From an uncultured Candidatus Binatia bacterium (GTDB lineage Bacteria > Desulfobacterota > Binatia > Bin18), in the NCBI GenBank assembly GCA_965214605.1, contig OZ243961.1, positions 2,464,001 through 2,528,000 of the forward strand: a stretch of 64,000 nt of DNA, read 5' to 3'. This document shows positions 1-10,103 of this stretch, one piece after another (position 1 is the stretch's first letter; the number at the start of each line of letters is the position of its first letter). A program made the translations under genes and the position numbers. The notes beneath the pieces were generated by a model. The model was given only the letters and a program-made list of their open reading frames with translations. It did not search any database and was not told the origin of the DNA.

Positions 1-1
1 C

Positions 2-223
2 GGCGAGGGGCGTGAGGTGTATAAACGTCCGGCCACAGACCCCAAGAAAGACAGTAAGCGTGGGCGGCTAATGTTAGTGTGGCGGGAAGAAGATCAGAGC
101 TATAGGACGATTCCCCAGGGGACGCCTGGGGTGAGGGATGAGTTGATCCCCGTGTTCCGGGATGGGGAGGTGTTGCAGGTATGGACGCTGGAAGAGGTGC
201 GGAGGCGGGCGGCTTTAGGATAA
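2..223 (+). CDS. Nicotinamide phosphoribosyltransferase (NAMPT/NadV), C-terminal fragment, truncated by window edge
   Basis: GEGREVYKRPATDPKKDSKRGRL...DELIPVFRDGEVLQVWTLEEVRRRA resembles the NAMPT C-terminus (K-P-TDP-K-SKKGRL ... VF-NG ... EIR-NA). Confidence 0.75.
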   Translation, partial: GEGREVYKRPATDPKKDSKRGRLMLVWREEDQSYRTIPQGTPGVRDELIPVFRDGEVLQVWTLEEVRRRAALG

Positions 224-239
224 GACGCTCACTCTACGC

Positions 240-1463
240 CTACTGCTCATTCCACGATCGCCGTTCTTTTTTGAAAAAATCCTGATAGCGCAGCATGATC
301 TCCGATTCGGCATCAAGCAGATGGGCAATCAGTGCTGCCCTGACCCACATGCCGTTTTCGGCTTGGGCGAAATACATGGCTCGGGTATCGCTGTCCACAT
401 CGGGAGAGATTTCGTCATTGCGGGGGAAGGGGTGCAGAATCGCCGCGTACTCGCGCATCTGTTGCAGCCGCTCGCGGTTGAGGATGAAACGCTGTCGGTT
501 GAGGCGGCTCAGAAATACTGAGATCTCCTCGTCGTCGTGTTCGTGTTGGACGCGAGTCATATAGACTAGGTCGGCCTCTCCGATACAGTCGGCCAGATTT
601 GACCGCTCGTGCACGGTGACCCCAGATTCAACAAGATCGGACTGTAGGTCGGTCGTGACCCTCAGCCGGGGGTGCTCGGGACCGACGAAGTACATGGCCA
701 CGTCTTCGTGTTGGGCGAGCAGCTCGGCCAATGAGCGAATAGTTCGACTTCGGCCAACGTCCCCGCAGAACAGATAGGTTTTGGCATCCAGACCGGACCG
801 CAGGTTTGGCCAGCGAGTGCGGAGGTCGGATAGACGTCGGCCAAGGTTGCGATCGTCACTTTCCTGATCGCCCTCTCGATCTCTAAATTTGAAGACTTCC
901 TGGATCGTATAATAATCGAGCAAAGCTTGGGTCGGATGCTCATCCGCGCCGGACCCGCCGTTCACAATCGGCACCGACTTTTCCATGTCGTTCATCTTAT
1001 AGGCAAAACACTCAGCCAACTTGGGCATGGTATCGCGCAGGATAACGATGTCGAAATATGTGCTGAACATCATGATCGAATCGAGATCGGATTCGCCTTT
1101 ATACGCCGAAGAAACGGCTGAGTTACGGATCTCGGCGTAGTCCATACCCAGGTGTTGACAGGCCCGTACAAACGACAAAAAGGTCCGGGTTGAGGCTTGG
1201 GTAAAGTGCAGCATGGCCGACTTGTCACACAGAGTGTCCCGCAACAGTCGGCTGCCCCGTCGGTTGCGCGCGAGTTGCCGAATCATGGTTGCCAGACCGG
1301 TCAGGCGCTCCAGCAGCTCGCGGTCGAACTGTGCCGAAAAGATCACGTGTTTGAGCCGATTGTTGCGCTGAAATTCCTGAACCTTCATCATCACTGGACG
1401 GTTTAGCCGTGGCTCAAACTCGCGCAGGTGCTGCAAACGGGTAGATATATCTGTATAGTCCAC
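240..1463 (-). CDS. pyrB: Aspartate carbamoyltransferase catalytic subunit, long atypical form
   Basis: STRT carbamoyl-phosphate motif, KGES, HPTQALLD, YMTRVQ, HPFPR, YFAQAENG; GGAGG upstream of GTG start. Confidence 0.88.
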   Translation of the reverse strand: MDYTDISTRLQHLREFEPRLNRPVMMKVQEFQRNNRLKHVIFSAQFDRELLERLTGLATMIRQLARNRRGSRLLRDTLCDKSAMLHFTQASTRTFLSFVRACQHLGMDYAEIRNSAVSSAYKGESDLDSIMMFSTYFDIVILRDTMPKLAECFAYKMNDMEKSVPIVNGGSGADEHPTQALLDYYTIQEVFKFRDREGDQESDDRNLGRRLSDLRTRWPNLRSGLDAKTYLFCGDVGRSRTIRSLAELLAQHEDVAMYFVGPEHPRLRVTTDLQSDLVESGVTVHERSNLADCIGEADLVYMTRVQHEHDDEEISVFLSRLNRQRFILNRERLQQMREYAAILHPFPRNDEISPDVDSDTRAMYFAQAENGMWVRAALIAHLLDAESEIMLRYQDFFKKERRSWNEQ

Positions 1464-1619
1464 CGATCCCTCCTAGCGGGCGTAGCACCAATACATGGTA
1501 ACGCTACGCCCGGCAGGCAGCAAGGGTCTGTCTTCGTTCGGGACCGCTGAAACGGTGACGGGTCTTGCGGCGTGAATCCTGAGGGACAGTGGTGAACCAC
1601 TCCTGTACGGACGCCTGAC

Positions 1620-2561
1620 CTAGGCGGTGAAACTCAGCTTCAAGCCGGGCCGCGGCCAGTCAAAGGCGACAAGTTTACCGACTCCCGACAGCGTGACATA
1701 TGCGGTCTTGAGATCAGAGCCGCCAAAGCACACGTTGGTCGTGAAGGGATCGGATAGCGGTACATGGTCCACACCTGAGCCGTCCGGTGCAAAGGCGGAA
1801 ATGCCGGCACCGCTCATCAGGGTTGCGACACATACGTAGCCGGCACTGTCAACGGCCAAAGAATCGAGCAGCTGATAACCCGGTAGACTATTCAGCAGCG
1901 TAGCCCCGCCCGGACCGTCTAGGATGGGACCGCCTTTACCCTGTGTCCGAGCGACTTCGCCCGGAGCCGTGATATCCCACTGCCACACCCGACTTTCAAA
2001 AGTCTGGGCAATATACAGTTTTTTGTCACCCGGGGCTAAGCCGATGCCGTTTGGACCATCGACCGGTTGGGCGATTTCTGTGATCATCGAGCCGTCGGGC
2101 TTGGCATAATACACCCCGCCCCGGTCTCGGTCGTGATCCCTGACTTTACCAAAGTCGCTAAACCAAAACCCTCCGGTGGCGTCGAACACGATGTCATTCG
2201 GACCTTTAAGTTTGTAACCGTTGCACTCAGTATACAAGATCTCGACTTTGCCAGTGTTGATATCCACCCGCTGAATACAGCCACCGTTGTAGTCGGCGGG
2301 TATACCGTGCGGAACGGTCAGGCCGTTCACCTCAACCCACTCAAAGCCGCCGTTGTTACATACATAGATTGCGCCATCTGGACCGACCGCCGCGCCGTTT
2401 GGGCCACCGCCGGTTTCGGCCACGACTTCTTTGCTACCGTTGGGTTGGATCCGGGTGAGGGTGCCACGCTTTATCTCAACCACGATTACGCTGCCGTCGT
2501 CCATGGCGATTGGGCCTTCGGGAAACTGTAAGCCTGAGGTAATTTCTCGAACGTCTGCCAT
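1620..2561 (-). CDS. SMP-30/gluconolactonase/LRE family protein
   Basis: FPEGP, GGPNG, PNDIVFD, PNGIGL, DSLAVD, TNVCFGG motifs. Confidence 0.9.
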   Translation of the reverse strand: MADVREITSGLQFPEGPIAMDDGSVIVVEIKRGTLTRIQPNGSKEVVAETGGGPNGAAVGPDGAIYVCNNGGFEWVEVNGLTVPHGIPADYNGGCIQRVDINTGKVEILYTECNGYKLKGPNDIVFDATGGFWFSDFGKVRDHDRDRGGVYYAKPDGSMITEIAQPVDGPNGIGLAPGDKKLYIAQTFESRVWQWDITAPGEVARTQGKGGPILDGPGGATLLNSLPGYQLLDSLAVDSAGYVCVATLMSGAGISAFAPDGSGVDHVPLSDPFTTNVCFGGSDLKTAYVTLSGVGKLVAFDWPRPGLKLSFTA

Positions 2562-2677
2562 AGTGCGTCCTCCTTGATTTCTTGTAGCACACCGCTACCG
2601 CTGAAGTCAGCAGGTGCCGCTCCTCTGTTGTCTTGTGTTTGTATACGATAGGCTTGGCCGCTACGGATGCCTCACCT

Positions 2678-4012
2678 ATGTTGAGTTATGGCTTGTCTTT
2701 TCTTGGCAAACGAACCGAGGGGATTTTTTACGGCTGGTGGCTGGTCGGTCTGAGCGGCTTCATCATGCTGCTGGCCAACGTGCCGCTGTTTCACGCCATG
2801 GGTGTGTGGGCGGTGGCTCTGGAGCGTGAGTTTGGCTGGACGCGTACTCAGCTCGGGCTGGCGCTGACCTTTACCCGGATTGAGGGTGGGCTGATGGGGC
2901 CGGTGGAAGGCTACTTAGCCGACCGACTGGGTACGAGGCGGATGATTCTGATTGGGCTGCTGATCTTATCCGGCGGCTTTCTGCTGTTTAGCCAGGTCCA
3001 GCATTTGTGGATGTTTTATCTTGCGTATGTAGTCATGGCGGTTGGCCAGGGTTTTGGCGGCTGGCTACCGCTGATGACGATGCTGAACCATTGGTTCGCG
3101 CGGCAACGGGCGACCGCAGTGGGTTGGTCCAATGTCGTCAGTCGGCTAGGTGCCCTAGTCTTAGTGCCCGTCATTGCTTGGGCGATTAATCCGGACGATC
3201 CTCAGCTGGGCTGGCGAACAACCGCCATGATGCTGGGACTGTTTACCCTGATTGTTGCTCTTCCGCTCTCACGGCTGCTGCGCGACCGTCCCCAGGAGTA
3301 TGGTTTACTACCGGACGGTGAGCCACCGCCGACACAGCCGCTCCTCACAACACCTCAGACCGGGGAGCCGTCTGTCCAGGCCATGGCTAGACAGACGGAC
3401 CATACCATTGCGCAAGCCGTGCGGACCCCAGCCTTTTGGTTCATCGCCTTTGGTCATGGTTTTACCTCGATGGTGATTATTGCCATCATGGCTCACCTGG
3501 GGCTGCTGATTGTTGATGCGGGTTTTGATGTGCCAACCGCGGCCTGGGTCATGGCTATCTACACCTCTGTGGCTATGGTGGCCCAGATTGTGGGAGGCTA
3601 CGTCGGCGACCGGATTCCCAAGCGGATTGCCTTAGGCATTTTTTCTACCGTGCAGGCGGTCGGGGTTCTAGTGCTCACCTATGCCACCACGTTTCCACTG
3701 CTTGTTCTGTTCGCCTTCCTGTTTGGCATGGGATTTGGCGGGCGGAATCCGCTGACAATAGCAATTCGTGGCGATTATTTTGGCCAGGCCGCATTTGGGA
3801 AAATTCTTGGCCTATCCACCGTCCCAATGAATCTTCTGATGTTGATTGCTGCGCCTTTTGCCGGCTGGATACGCGACACCCAAGGGAGCTATGAAGTGGC
3901 ATTTTTGAGTTTGGCAGGGTGCAGTTTTCTGGGTGGGGTGTGTTTTTTGTTGGCTAGGAAGCCGGAGTTACGACCTCTTGAGACGGACGAGGGAGCCACA
4001 CCGCGCTCTTAA
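2678..4012 (+). CDS. MFS transporter (OFA/MCT-like)
   Basis: FYGWW N-terminus, GYLADRLGTRR MFS motif A, about 12 hydrophobic segments; start uncertain. Confidence 0.88.
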   Translation: MLSYGLSFLGKRTEGIFYGWWLVGLSGFIMLLANVPLFHAMGVWAVALEREFGWTRTQLGLALTFTRIEGGLMGPVEGYLADRLGTRRMILIGLLILSGGFLLFSQVQHLWMFYLAYVVMAVGQGFGGWLPLMTMLNHWFARQRATAVGWSNVVSRLGALVLVPVIAWAINPDDPQLGWRTTAMMLGLFTLIVALPLSRLLRDRPQEYGLLPDGEPPPTQPLLTTPQTGEPSVQAMARQTDHTIAQAVRTPAFWFIAFGHGFTSMVIIAIMAHLGLLIVDAGFDVPTAAWVMAIYTSVAMVAQIVGGYVGDRIPKRIALGIFSTVQAVGVLVLTYATTFPLLVLFAFLFGMGFGGRNPLTIAIRGDYFGQAAFGKILGLSTVPMNLLMLIAAPFAGWIRDTQGSYEVAFLSLAGCSFLGGVCFLLARKPELRPLETDEGATPRS

Positions 4013-4619
4013 ACGTGCCCGTTCTTGCTCCCAGCTAGATTTCTCGGTCGTTTTTGCCCACAATCGCTCTATGCGCTCTTTAAGCCTCCATATGAGCAGC
4101 TTCCGCTGCACAATCACGACCAAGGGTTGCTCAGAGGCTTACGAACAGCACGTCGCTCCCGTCACCCAAGTTGAAGGGGCTCTTCTGATTCTAGCCAGTG
4201 TTGAGTTCGGAGATGAACGTAATCCACAGCTGGTGGCCGAGTGAGTCAGCGCCGAGATTACTAGTCTGTCCGCCCAAACTGAAAGCGACGACCGTTGTCC
4301 TTCACCCCTTTGCCCTCCTTAACTTGCTGAGCTAGCTGCTCCACAGCTGGTCATTGATATCATGAGCTCGGACCTAGCAGACCCTGAATCGAGCCATTCT
4401 TACTGCTATCCGTGCCCCGTTCAGCTGGTTTCACGTTGATGCTAAAGGCCACCCCCCGTCGCGGGTTGCATGGATGGTGGCGGTGGGCGCATAAGCGCCT
4501 GCGACTCCTCTTCGGCCTGTCCTCTATCTTTTCGCGGGTCCATCTGCTATGTAGGCGAAGGAAGTGCCTAATACAGGACCACGAAATACTGCTGTTACCC
4601 GAACACGAGGAGCCTCTTA

Positions 4620-4990
4620 ATTCCGCTACGTCAAGATATCGCTCCAACCAAAGAACATCCGCCGACGCTTCGGCTATTCTCCGGGTGTCAGAGTCGATCA
4701 GATGCTGTATCTTGCTGGGCAGGTAGGTCAAGATACTGAACTTGATGTTATTGAAGACAGGAAGACACAGTTTATCCAAGTTCTTGAAAATGTCAAAACA
4801 GTCCTGACCGTCGCCGTCCAGCTTTGACCAGGTCGTTGAAATGGTCACCTACCACACGCTCTTCATGGAGGTGAAGAATCGCTATTTTCGCAACCTGGAT
4901 AGACTACCGACCTGGACTGCGATTAGCACCCCGGCTTTGGCTATGCCCGGGCTGCTTGTTGAGATCAAATGTACAGCCCGTCTTGAATAG
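4620..4990 (+). pseudogene. RidA/YjgF family pseudogene
   Basis: FGYSPGVRVDQMLYLAGQVG...ENVKTVL, then frameshift, then FDQVVEMVTYH...PTWTAISTPALAMPGLLVEIKCTA; no intact start. Confidence 0.75.
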
Positions 4991-5045
4991 GAAGGCACGT
5001 TCCGCGTGTTAGCCCACAGTATCGCCAAAGGGGGAAACCGCACCT

Positions 5046-6317
5046 ATGCAGCAAATGGAACAAGACCGGGCGGGAAGATTCTTCTACGGTTGGGTGATTG
5101 TTTTTGCCGGCCTAGTGTTGAGCCTGATTATGTACGGGGTGATTGAAGCCTTCGGCGTCGTGTTTAAGCCGATTGCCGCCGAGTTTCAGTGGGACCGGGG
5201 GACGGTCTCAGTCGCCTCAATGATCAATTGGCTGAGCTTTGGCCTGTCTGGTCTGCTATGTGGCGTGCTGAGTGACCGCTTTGGCTCACGCTTGGTGATG
5301 ATTTGCGGTGGGCTTGTTTTCATTGTCGGGACCTTTCTGATGAGTCAGATTGAGTCCTTGTGGCAGTTGTATTTCTTTTTTGGCGTGCTCATCGCGGCCG
5401 GTCGCTCGGCCGCCGGCGTTCCGCTCACGGCGCTGGTTACAAAGTGGTTCGTGCGTAATCAGGGCCTGGCCTTGTCGATTGCCCAGTCTAACAACGTGGG
5501 ATCCGCGGTGTTTGCCCCGCTGTCAGTTTTCCTGTTGACCGTCTATGGCTGGCGGGGAGCCTATGTCGGTCTGGGCCTGATCGCTCTACTTATCATTCCG
5601 CTGGTCCTACTTATGCGTGATCATCAGGTTAGTCAGGGGCCTGAGCCAGGTCAACTGGACAGGGCTCGCCAGGTGTCGTCGGCCCCTACCCGGCTGCCGG
5701 GCCTGAGCCTAGGCGAAGCGATGCGAACGCGCGCCTTTTGGACGCTGAATTTCATGGTCATCGGTTGCTGCATATGTCACTCGTGCATTCTGCTGCACGG
5801 CGTGAGTCATATGACGGATACCGGACTAGCCGCCTCAGCTGCCGCTCGTGTGGTTGCGACTATGGCCATCTTTGGCATGATTGGCAAGATTGCCAATGGT
5901 CTGCTGGCCGACCGGATTGGTGCCAAGTGGGCGATGGCCGGATTTTTAGGGCTCCAGGCGATCATGATTCCGCTGTTTATTGAGGCCCAGAGCCCCCCGA
6001 CTTTTTATACCTGGGCTGTGCTGTTCGGTCTGGGCTATGGCGGACCGATGCCGGTCTATGCAATGTTGTTTCGCGAGTATTTTGGCCTCCGCGCAATCGG
6101 CACAATCTTGGGAGTCTTTTTCATGATGGCCTCGGTTGGTATGGGTTCTGGAGGTCTGATAGGCGGGATGATGTACACCTCGTTTGGCAGTTATGTGGCT
6201 CCGTTCCTGACCAGTACGACGACCGGCATAATTGCCGCGATTTTAGCTCTCACCCTACCGTCGTCCAAACGCGAAGCGCCCGTTGCGGCATCTGGGTTGG
6301 CCCTGCAGACTGGTTAG
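5046..6317 (+). CDS. MFS transporter (OFA/MCT-like)
   Basis: FFYGWVIV, GVLSDRFGSR and GLLADRIG motif A repeats. Confidence 0.9.
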   Translation: MQQMEQDRAGRFFYGWVIVFAGLVLSLIMYGVIEAFGVVFKPIAAEFQWDRGTVSVASMINWLSFGLSGLLCGVLSDRFGSRLVMICGGLVFIVGTFLMSQIESLWQLYFFFGVLIAAGRSAAGVPLTALVTKWFVRNQGLALSIAQSNNVGSAVFAPLSVFLLTVYGWRGAYVGLGLIALLIIPLVLLMRDHQVSQGPEPGQLDRARQVSSAPTRLPGLSLGEAMRTRAFWTLNFMVIGCCICHSCILLHGVSHMTDTGLAASAAARVVATMAIFGMIGKIANGLLADRIGAKWAMAGFLGLQAIMIPLFIEAQSPPTFYTWAVLFGLGYGGPMPVYAMLFREYFGLRAIGTILGVFFMMASVGMGSGGLIGGMMYTSFGSYVAPFLTSTTTGIIAAILALTLPSSKREAPVAASGLALQTG

Positions 6318-6337
6318 CAAACGAGGAGATTATAGGC

Positions 6338-7453
6338 ATGCCAACCATTGATGGAGATAGCCATTTCGTCGAACCTTTGAATCTGTTCGAGGAGTATATT
6401 GATCCGGCCTTCCGTGGTCGCGAGATGCGTGTTGAGAAAGATGCCAAAGGCCAGCTGCATATACTGACCGATGGCAGGCCCCTGCAGCTGGTCGACGTTG
6501 ATACACTGCTGGCTGCTGTTGTCGGCTATGGACAAAAGGAAGCCGGTCGGGATCTCGACACCTTTGATCGGTATTTGGTAACTAACAGTCAATGGCAGGA
6601 TATGGACGCCCGTGTCCGATTTCTGGATACTGAAGGCATTGATTACCAGGTCGTCTATCCCACCCTAGGCCTGTTGTGGGAGGGAGGAGTTGAAGACTCT
6701 GCTTTGGCCGACGCTCTGTGTCGAGCCTACAACACCTGGGCGTTCGAGCTGTGTGCTCCGTACAAAGCTCGCCTCTTTCCGGCTGCCCATATCTCTTTGC
6801 GAGCCCCCCAGCTAGCCGTTGCTGAGCTTGAACGGGTAGCCAAGCTTGGGGCTAGGACGATCTTTGTGGCTGCTGCGCCGGTGGGTGGACGCAGCTTTGG
6901 ACATCCGGACTTTGATCCAATCTGGGCGGCCGTCCAAGATCTTGATCTGAGTGTTGGCATTCATCTGGTTGGTCATTCGCACTATACCGGCAGCGAGTGG
7001 TATCAGAACCAGGACCCCGGCTTTATGTTTGTGACGATGAATGTCATCCAGGACCCACGTATGGCGCTGACGACTATGGTCTATGATGGGGTGCTTGAGC
7101 GATTTCCAAAGCTGCGTGTGGCAACCATTGAGGCCATGGTTGGCTGGGTTGGAGAATGGTTGGAGCGACTTAACTATCGCTTCACGTATATGGGCCACAC
7201 GTCCAAGATGAAGCGCCCGGCAACCGAATATTTTGCGCGCAACATCTGGATTAACGGGGATCCAGAAGAAAAGATGTTTCCTTTGATGGTTCGCTTTGCA
7301 GGCGATAGCCGTTTCTTTGTGGGGTCGGACTATCCCCATGCGGAAGGGTTTACCCGGCCAATGGACAAGGCCCGCGCTCTCCTCTCGAGCCTGCCTGAAT
7401 CGACGGTTGATAATATCCTGGGCCATAACGCTCAGCAGTTTTTCGGCCTGTAA
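6338..7453 (+). CDS. Amidohydrolase family 2 protein
   Basis: IDGDSH, RAYNTW, GSDYPHAEG motifs; good RBS (GAGGAG). Confidence 0.88.
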   Translation: MPTIDGDSHFVEPLNLFEEYIDPAFRGREMRVEKDAKGQLHILTDGRPLQLVDVDTLLAAVVGYGQKEAGRDLDTFDRYLVTNSQWQDMDARVRFLDTEGIDYQVVYPTLGLLWEGGVEDSALADALCRAYNTWAFELCAPYKARLFPAAHISLRAPQLAVAELERVAKLGARTIFVAAAPVGGRSFGHPDFDPIWAAVQDLDLSVGIHLVGHSHYTGSEWYQNQDPGFMFVTMNVIQDPRMALTTMVYDGVLERFPKLRVATIEAMVGWVGEWLERLNYRFTYMGHTSKMKRPATEYFARNIWINGDPEEKMFPLMVRFAGDSRFFVGSDYPHAEGFTRPMDKARALLSSLPESTVDNILGHNAQQFFGL

Positions 7454-7469
7454 AGATTAGGAAAACCTC

Positions 7470-8012
7470 AGCTCCTGGCCTGAGCCTTCTCCCTCGCAGT
7501 TTGAAGCGCCAGCCGGTCAGCAGGACGTTGGCTTCGGTTAAGAACCAGCTCAGGTTGCGCTTGTATCCGATTTGATCACGTTCAGCCTGTAAGCGTTCAA
7601 GCTTACTCTTGATCTGGACGTTAGCCTGGGCGTTGGCAGCTGCGCTCAACTCGGTGTTATCTTGGCGTAGCCGGACCATTTCCTCCGCCTATCGTCCGAT
7701 ATCGGCTTCCAATTGGTTTACACGGAACACTGATAGAGCCTTTTCGGTTACGTCTCCTTCAGGAATTACGACCAGATAATGGTCGCCTTCGCGACGGACG
7801 AACTGTGCAACATCACTGCACTGGTTTTGAGCATGGTCAAACAGTGTGGTCAGGAGGACCGGGACTAATCCGAACCTCCGGCCTCTCGATAGTTACTGCC
7901 GTAGAGATCTTGGCCAGATAACACACGGCAGGGGAGCGAAAAGCAGCGGCTGAGACACAGGGGAGTGCCGTGTTCCAGGATGTTGACGGACCGGAAGAGA
8001 GGGAGGCCGCAT
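7470..8012 (-). pseudogene. Degraded SH3 domain-coiled coil-membrane anchor protein (TIGR04211/YgiM-like)
   Basis: Fragments in different frames: EVRISPG..LTMLKT (SH3 start), coiled coil KSKLERLQAERDQ, C-terminal LSWFLTEANVLLTGW; stops and frameshifts. Confidence 0.5.
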
Positions 8013-8060
8013 ATTATTTAGAGAGAACAACTCAGATGGATGGTGAAGGCAATTCCGAAT

Positions 8061-8894
8061 CTATGCTTCGGACCACTCAGATGAGGTGGAAAGGACGTGC
8101 TGGAGTACCTCAATGAGTGCCTGATGAATTTTTCCGTTGGAAGCTAAGAGTTGCTCTCCAGAGAGCTCGAATGTTCTACCACCAAAGTCGCTCATCTGTC
8201 CACCGGCTTCTTCAACAATCAGAGCGCCGGCCGCGCTATCCCAGGGGTATAAACGCCACTCCCAAAAACCGTCGGCACGACCGCAGGCCGTATAACACAG
8301 ATCAAGAGCGGCCGAGCCGCTGCGTCGTATGCCTTGAGTACGCAGCATAAAGGCCCGGTAGAAGCTGAGATAAAAGTGACTACGCTGACGGCGATCATAC
8401 GGGAAGCCGGTCAGCAGCATGCTGAGGTCGAGGGATGGGGTGGAGGAGACCTGTATGGGACGATCGTTGAGGCTTGCCCCTTTGCCCCGGCGGGCGCAGA
8501 AGATCTCGTCCCGAATCGGGTCATAGACTACCCCGACGATGGGTTGTGACTCGTAGGTCAGTCCGACAGAAACGGCAAAGTGTGGAAAAGTATGAGTAAA
8601 GTTTGTGGTGCCATCTAACGGATCGATATACCACCGATACGGGCTGTCTGGGCCTGACAGGGCCGATTCTTCGGCCAGGACTTGGTGGTCTGGAAGACGG
8701 GTGTGGAGCGCCTCAGTAATCAGCGCATCAGCCGCTCTGTCAACATTGGTGACCAGGTCGACCATATCCGTTTTGATTTCAACCGTCTTTGCCGTAAGCC
8801 AATTGTTTTTGAGCAGGGAGCCCGCCTGGCGCGCGACTTCTTGAGCAATGTCGAGGTAGTGGTCAAGATCTTTATGCCAGGAATTGGTATGCAT
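8061..8894 (-). CDS. suhB: Inositol monophosphatase family protein
   Basis: DLVT, AEES, WYIDPLDGTTNF, RRSGSAALD, WDSAAGALIVEEAGG. Confidence 0.9.
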   Translation of the reverse strand: MHTNSWHKDLDHYLDIAQEVARQAGSLLKNNWLTAKTVEIKTDMVDLVTNVDRAADALITEALHTRLPDHQVLAEESALSGPDSPYRWYIDPLDGTTNFTHTFPHFAVSVGLTYESQPIVGVVYDPIRDEIFCARRGKGASLNDRPIQVSSTPSLDLSMLLTGFPYDRRQRSHFYLSFYRAFMLRTQGIRRSGSAALDLCYTACGRADGFWEWRLYPWDSAAGALIVEEAGGQMSDFGGRTFELSGEQLLASNGKIHQALIEVLQHVLSTSSEWSEA

Positions 8895-8941
8895 ACCGTC
8901 CCTTGTTGCACACGTGGCCAGAGCCTGCAACAACAGGGTTT

Positions 8942-9859
8942 ATGCGAGTTCTTGCTCCAGCTAAAGTCAACCTGTTGTTGCGCATCCTTGGTCGCCGGGA
9001 AGACGGCTATCATCTGCTCAATTCTCTCATGCTTCCGGTCAGCCTGTATGATGAGATTTGGATACGGTTGGACAATGTGGTATCAGCCGACTCGCCCACA
9101 CCGACGGCACAGATTTGCCTGAGCTGTGACGACACACGTATTCCTAGCGATGAGACCAATCTAGCCTATCGTGCCGCCTCGCTGCTGTGTCAAGAAGCCG
9201 GACTCGTCGCCCGTCTCTCGCTCCGTCTTATAAAACGCATTCCGGCCGGTGCCGGTCTGGGCGGTGGAAGCAGCGATGCGGCGGCGGTCTTAAAAGGGCT
9301 CAACAGCCTGCTTCGGCTTGGCTGGACTGAGCAGCGATTGTGCAATCTAGGGCTACGTCTAGGTGCGGATGTACCGTTTTTTATTCCGTGTCGACCTGCT
9401 CGGGTGACAGGGATTGGCGAGGAATTGAGCCCGGCTAGGATGGCCGGGAGGCGGTGGCTGGTACTGATAGTTCCAGCCTTTGGTGTCTCTACATCATGGG
9501 CCTACCGGCGTTTTGACCAGCTGATCGGGGCAACCGCTAGTGACCTGTCTCCAACGACCGCCGTCTTGGCTGATGGATGGCCGTCGCCAGTCGCTTGTGT
9601 CAACGATCTTGAGCGGGCCGTACTGCCCGCCCATCCGCTTCTTCAAGACCTAAAAAATATGCTTCTGAGCGCTCGGGCCGAGGCTGCTCTAATGTCTGGA
9701 AGCGGGTCGGCTATATTCGGGCTGTTCGACCGCAGGGCGGCCGCCCAACGGGCGGCGGACAGCATTGCCCAAACCGTGGCTCAACAGGGCCGGGTGTTCG
9801 TGGTCAAATCCTTGACTGGAGATCTGCGCTGTGTTCCCCAGAATGGTCTCTCGGTTTAA
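8942..9859 (+). CDS. ispE: 4-diphosphocytidyl-2C-methyl-D-erythritol kinase
   Basis: APAKVNL, DGYH, KRIPAGAGLGGGSSDAA, MSGSGS; conserved ispE-tRNAGln-prs order. Confidence 0.95.
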   Translation: MRVLAPAKVNLLLRILGRREDGYHLLNSLMLPVSLYDEIWIRLDNVVSADSPTPTAQICLSCDDTRIPSDETNLAYRAASLLCQEAGLVARLSLRLIKRIPAGAGLGGGSSDAAAVLKGLNSLLRLGWTEQRLCNLGLRLGADVPFFIPCRPARVTGIGEELSPARMAGRRWLVLIVPAFGVSTSWAYRRFDQLIGATASDLSPTTAVLADGWPSPVACVNDLERAVLPAHPLLQDLKNMLLSARAEAALMSGSGSAIFGLFDRRAAAQRAADSIAQTVAQQGRVFVVKSLTGDLRCVPQNGLSV

Positions 9860-9953
9860 ACCTAGTGTGGGCTGGGACAACCTTCCCCCCTTGACTTTTT
9901 GCCTATCTGGCCTTTAGTTGGACGGCCTGAATGACAGTGTAAGGCCATTCTGG

Positions 9954-10027
9954 TGGGGAGTAGCCAAGCCAGGCAAGGCACCGGGTTTTGGCCCCGGTAT
10001 TCGCAGGTTCGAATCCTGCCTCCCCAG
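9954..10027 (+). tRNA. tRNA-Gln (TTG)
   Basis: Acceptor TGGGGAG/CTCCCCA, anticodon arm CCGGG-TTTTGGC-CCCGG, T-loop GGTTCGAATCC; CCA not encoded. Confidence 0.96.
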
Positions 10028-10103
10028 TGAAGGTGAACGATGATCTCTTTCCGTGTGGGGGGTCACCTTTTTCTGTCCAGTCTTTCTCACGAGGGATCTC
10101 CGA

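Noticed and set aside
2-223. NAMPT as a phage NAD-reconstitution anti-defence gene
   Set aside because: No phage genes in view and the gene is truncated by the window edge
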